From an uncultured Zetaproteobacteria bacterium (GTDB lineage: Bacteria; Pseudomonadota; Zetaproteobacteria; Mariprofundales; Mariprofundaceae): a DNA stretch of 61,226 nucleotides. The stretch spans positions 1 through 61,226 of the forward strand of contig CAMZLG010000043.1 of NCBI GenBank assembly GCA_947311495.1, written 5' to 3'. Under the pieces are notes generated by a model, which did no database searches, was not told where the DNA came from, and saw nothing but the letters and a program-made list of their open reading frames with translations. Shown piece by piece: positions 59,147-61,226 of the stretch. Position 1 is the first letter of the stretch. The number at the start of each line of letters is the position of its first letter. Made by a program: the position numbers and the translations under genes.

Positions 59147-60978
59147 TTACCAAAACCATCGGTACTCTGCATTTACGCGTGTATCATTATTTTTTGCATA
59201 CGTTACCACCAATGCTGATTCACTGCCTAAATGGTATTGAAGTTCGCCACCCCAAACCTGTCCAAAAGTTTTGTTTTTGTCAGTATTTTCCACACCAAAA
59301 TACCACAAGCTCTTCATATTACCCCAGTCGCTATACCAACCGATATGTGGTCTTAAACGTATATAGGGGTATAATGTGTGCGCTGACATATCCACCATCC
59401 CATACAATGCTTGGGTTTGGCTCACACTCCATGTTTTTCCTGCACCAAAAGCAACCACACCATCATATTGATTGGTTTGCCTATCCAATCCGATTCGCAT
59501 CTGCCAAGCCCAGTCATGATTCCGAATCAACATCTGATTATGGTTAAGTTTACGAATACGAATAAAATCAAGCTTATCTAGGAAAATACCATCCTGTTTA
59601 CCGCCGATGCCCAGCTCAAGGTTCAGGAGCACCAACGCATCACCATTTAAATTGTTATCACCTGTTGAACTTTGATGATAACCCGACCAATGCAATCGTG
59701 CATATGTGCTTTGCACATCGCTATGGCCTACGCCCAAGCCCAATAACATCGGTGCAGCACCATGCGTAGGTGATGGCAACTGTGGTTCATCTGATTCAAC
59801 TTTTGGCGATACTGGCAAACGAAAACGCGCCATAAGAATTTGTTGTTTCAACGCTTTAGCTTTCAGGCTTGGTTTGAGCCCCGACTTAATCAATAAATAA
59901 TTGTAGTAGCTTAGTCCTGCATCAAGCACATGTATTTTTTCGTTTGGTGTTAATAACTGAGTAACATGCTCAACATTTACTTCTGAACCTTCATCCATCA
60001 GCTTAGACATAGAATCCAACTCTTTTTCGTTCAATTTGTTAAGTATAATGTTTAACTTGCGCTGACTTGAAGGAATAAATGTCACTGACTTAATCAATTT
60101 AGGGCGACCTTGTTTGCGATACATCTTATCAATCGATTCAAGTCGCCGAAAGCTCTCAACAGGCACATACCATGCCACATCTTCCACCATAGGTTCTTCA
60201 ATCACTAAACCCAACAAGTCTGCCAATTGGTAGGCGCAATTTTCATCCAAAAAGTAATAATCAAACTTTTGCCCAATCAACTCCCAAACATGATAAATGA
60301 GCAGTTTTGTTTTCTCTGCATCCAAGTTAAGCGTGTAAACCCACATATCACGCGATTCCAATTGGGAATACACAAGCTCTTGCGTGTAATAATATTTATC
60401 CAAGAATGTTGCTTTGTAGCCACCTGTAATACCTTTATACACATAACGTAAGGTTGGCTCATTTTCAGGCGTAATTGCGCCATAATTAATGGCTGTATCC
60501 ATCAGTATATTTTGTTTATTTTGCTTAGAAGACTGAATTTTTAATAGGGCATGACCGAAAGTTGATGCTGGATTACCCAAGTATCCACTCACCAAAATAA
60601 GACTCACTTCATCATTATTTGCAACCCAGCGTTGAAGCTTTTGGCACTGTTGGATGTCTTGTTCAATTTCAGGGCGGTTTAACTGCTTAGATAACCAAAA
60701 AAACCGTGCTGGGTATTTGCATATGACTTGTGATGCTTTTTCATCTGACACATTATCAATCACTGCTACTGTGGCACGCAGCTCTGCCACCGCATCTTCA
60801 TGCCCTCGTTCAACTAAAAAAAATCTGAGCCTTCAACCACACTTCGGTGTGTTGTTTCATCCATATGTAAAAGCTTTTGCCAAGTATGCTGTTTGGCAAG
60901 CGCAGTTAAATCTTTGTCGCTTATGGCGTAAGCGACATTAGAAAAGAACATACATAGAATCAAACCATAAAACCGCAA
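59147..60978 (-). pseudogene. DUF4105/Lnb-family exported protein, frameshifted at an A8 tract (60816-60823)
   Basis: FGH and NC motifs; the signal-peptide-bearing N-terminus (TTG 60978) joins the main ORF only if the T-run is 9 nt. Confidence 0.7.
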
Positions 60979-60990
60979 TTTTTACCCCAC

Positions 60991-61022
60991 AAAAAAGAAC
61001 ACACGCCCAATGGACGTGTGTC
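60991..61022 (-). terminator. Probable terminator
   Basis: Minus strand GACACACGTCC-ATT-GGGCGTGTGTT-CTTTTTT. Confidence 0.65.
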
Positions 61023-61060
61023 AAATTAATCTAGAAACAATGTTCTAAATTAGCTGATAC

Positions 61061-61226
61061 TTATGAAGAACATTGCGCAGTGTTTGCTTGAAACACGTTA
61101 AACATTGCTTCTGATTTCTCAAACTGTGTTTTTGATGCGTAACCTGGAGCTGCAACTTCAGCAGCGAAGTCTTGACGCACATTGGCAACTGTTGCTTTAT
61201 CAGCCGTATCACAACCAGCAGTCGCA
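61061..61226 (-). CDS. 3' end of a protein, possibly DUF3015-like; start lies outside the window
   Basis: Open frame ATAGCDTADKATVANVRQDFAAEVAAPGYASKTQFEKSEAMFNVFQANTAQCSS*; neighbours a DUF4105 gene. Confidence 0.55.
   Translation of the reverse strand, partial: ATAGCDTADKATVANVRQDFAAEVAAPGYASKTQFEKSEAMFNVFQANTAQCSS

Overview
Mostly core-genome DNA from a proteobacterium. A Zetaproteobacteria-like lineage (Mariprofundus/Ghiorsea) is my impression from gene content and style, not something I can prove. The window holds, in order: a partial M16 peptidase; mscS; maf-rng-hemW; a class I cytochrome c; cobU; nnr; rpoH; a pdhA-pdhB-pdhC-lpdA operon; a ferredoxin-sspB-hda-like operon; a tetrapyrrole/cobamide operon (type III PLP decarboxylase-cobC-cobS-hemD-hemB-hemX-like-hemY-like); argD-argF; a GldAFG-like ABC module; a complete dcw cluster (mraZ to ftsZ); a CusRS-like two-component system; rlmB-folB-folK; and a frameshifted DUF4105/Lnb gene. 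I saw no rRNA, tRNA, CRISPR array or transposase. Best leads: (1) an orphan BtrK/PvsE-like decarboxylase coupled to cobC-cobS, a possible non-orthologous CobD replacement; (2) a Fur-box-preceded pair of small orphan ORFs; (3) hemW, whose only plausible start codon is ATA; (4) a lipoyl-E3 fusion duplicated from pdhC together with its RBS and a 9-nt-periodic hairpin; (5) a nested composite palindromic element after argF. All family assignments come from motif recognition, without database searches.
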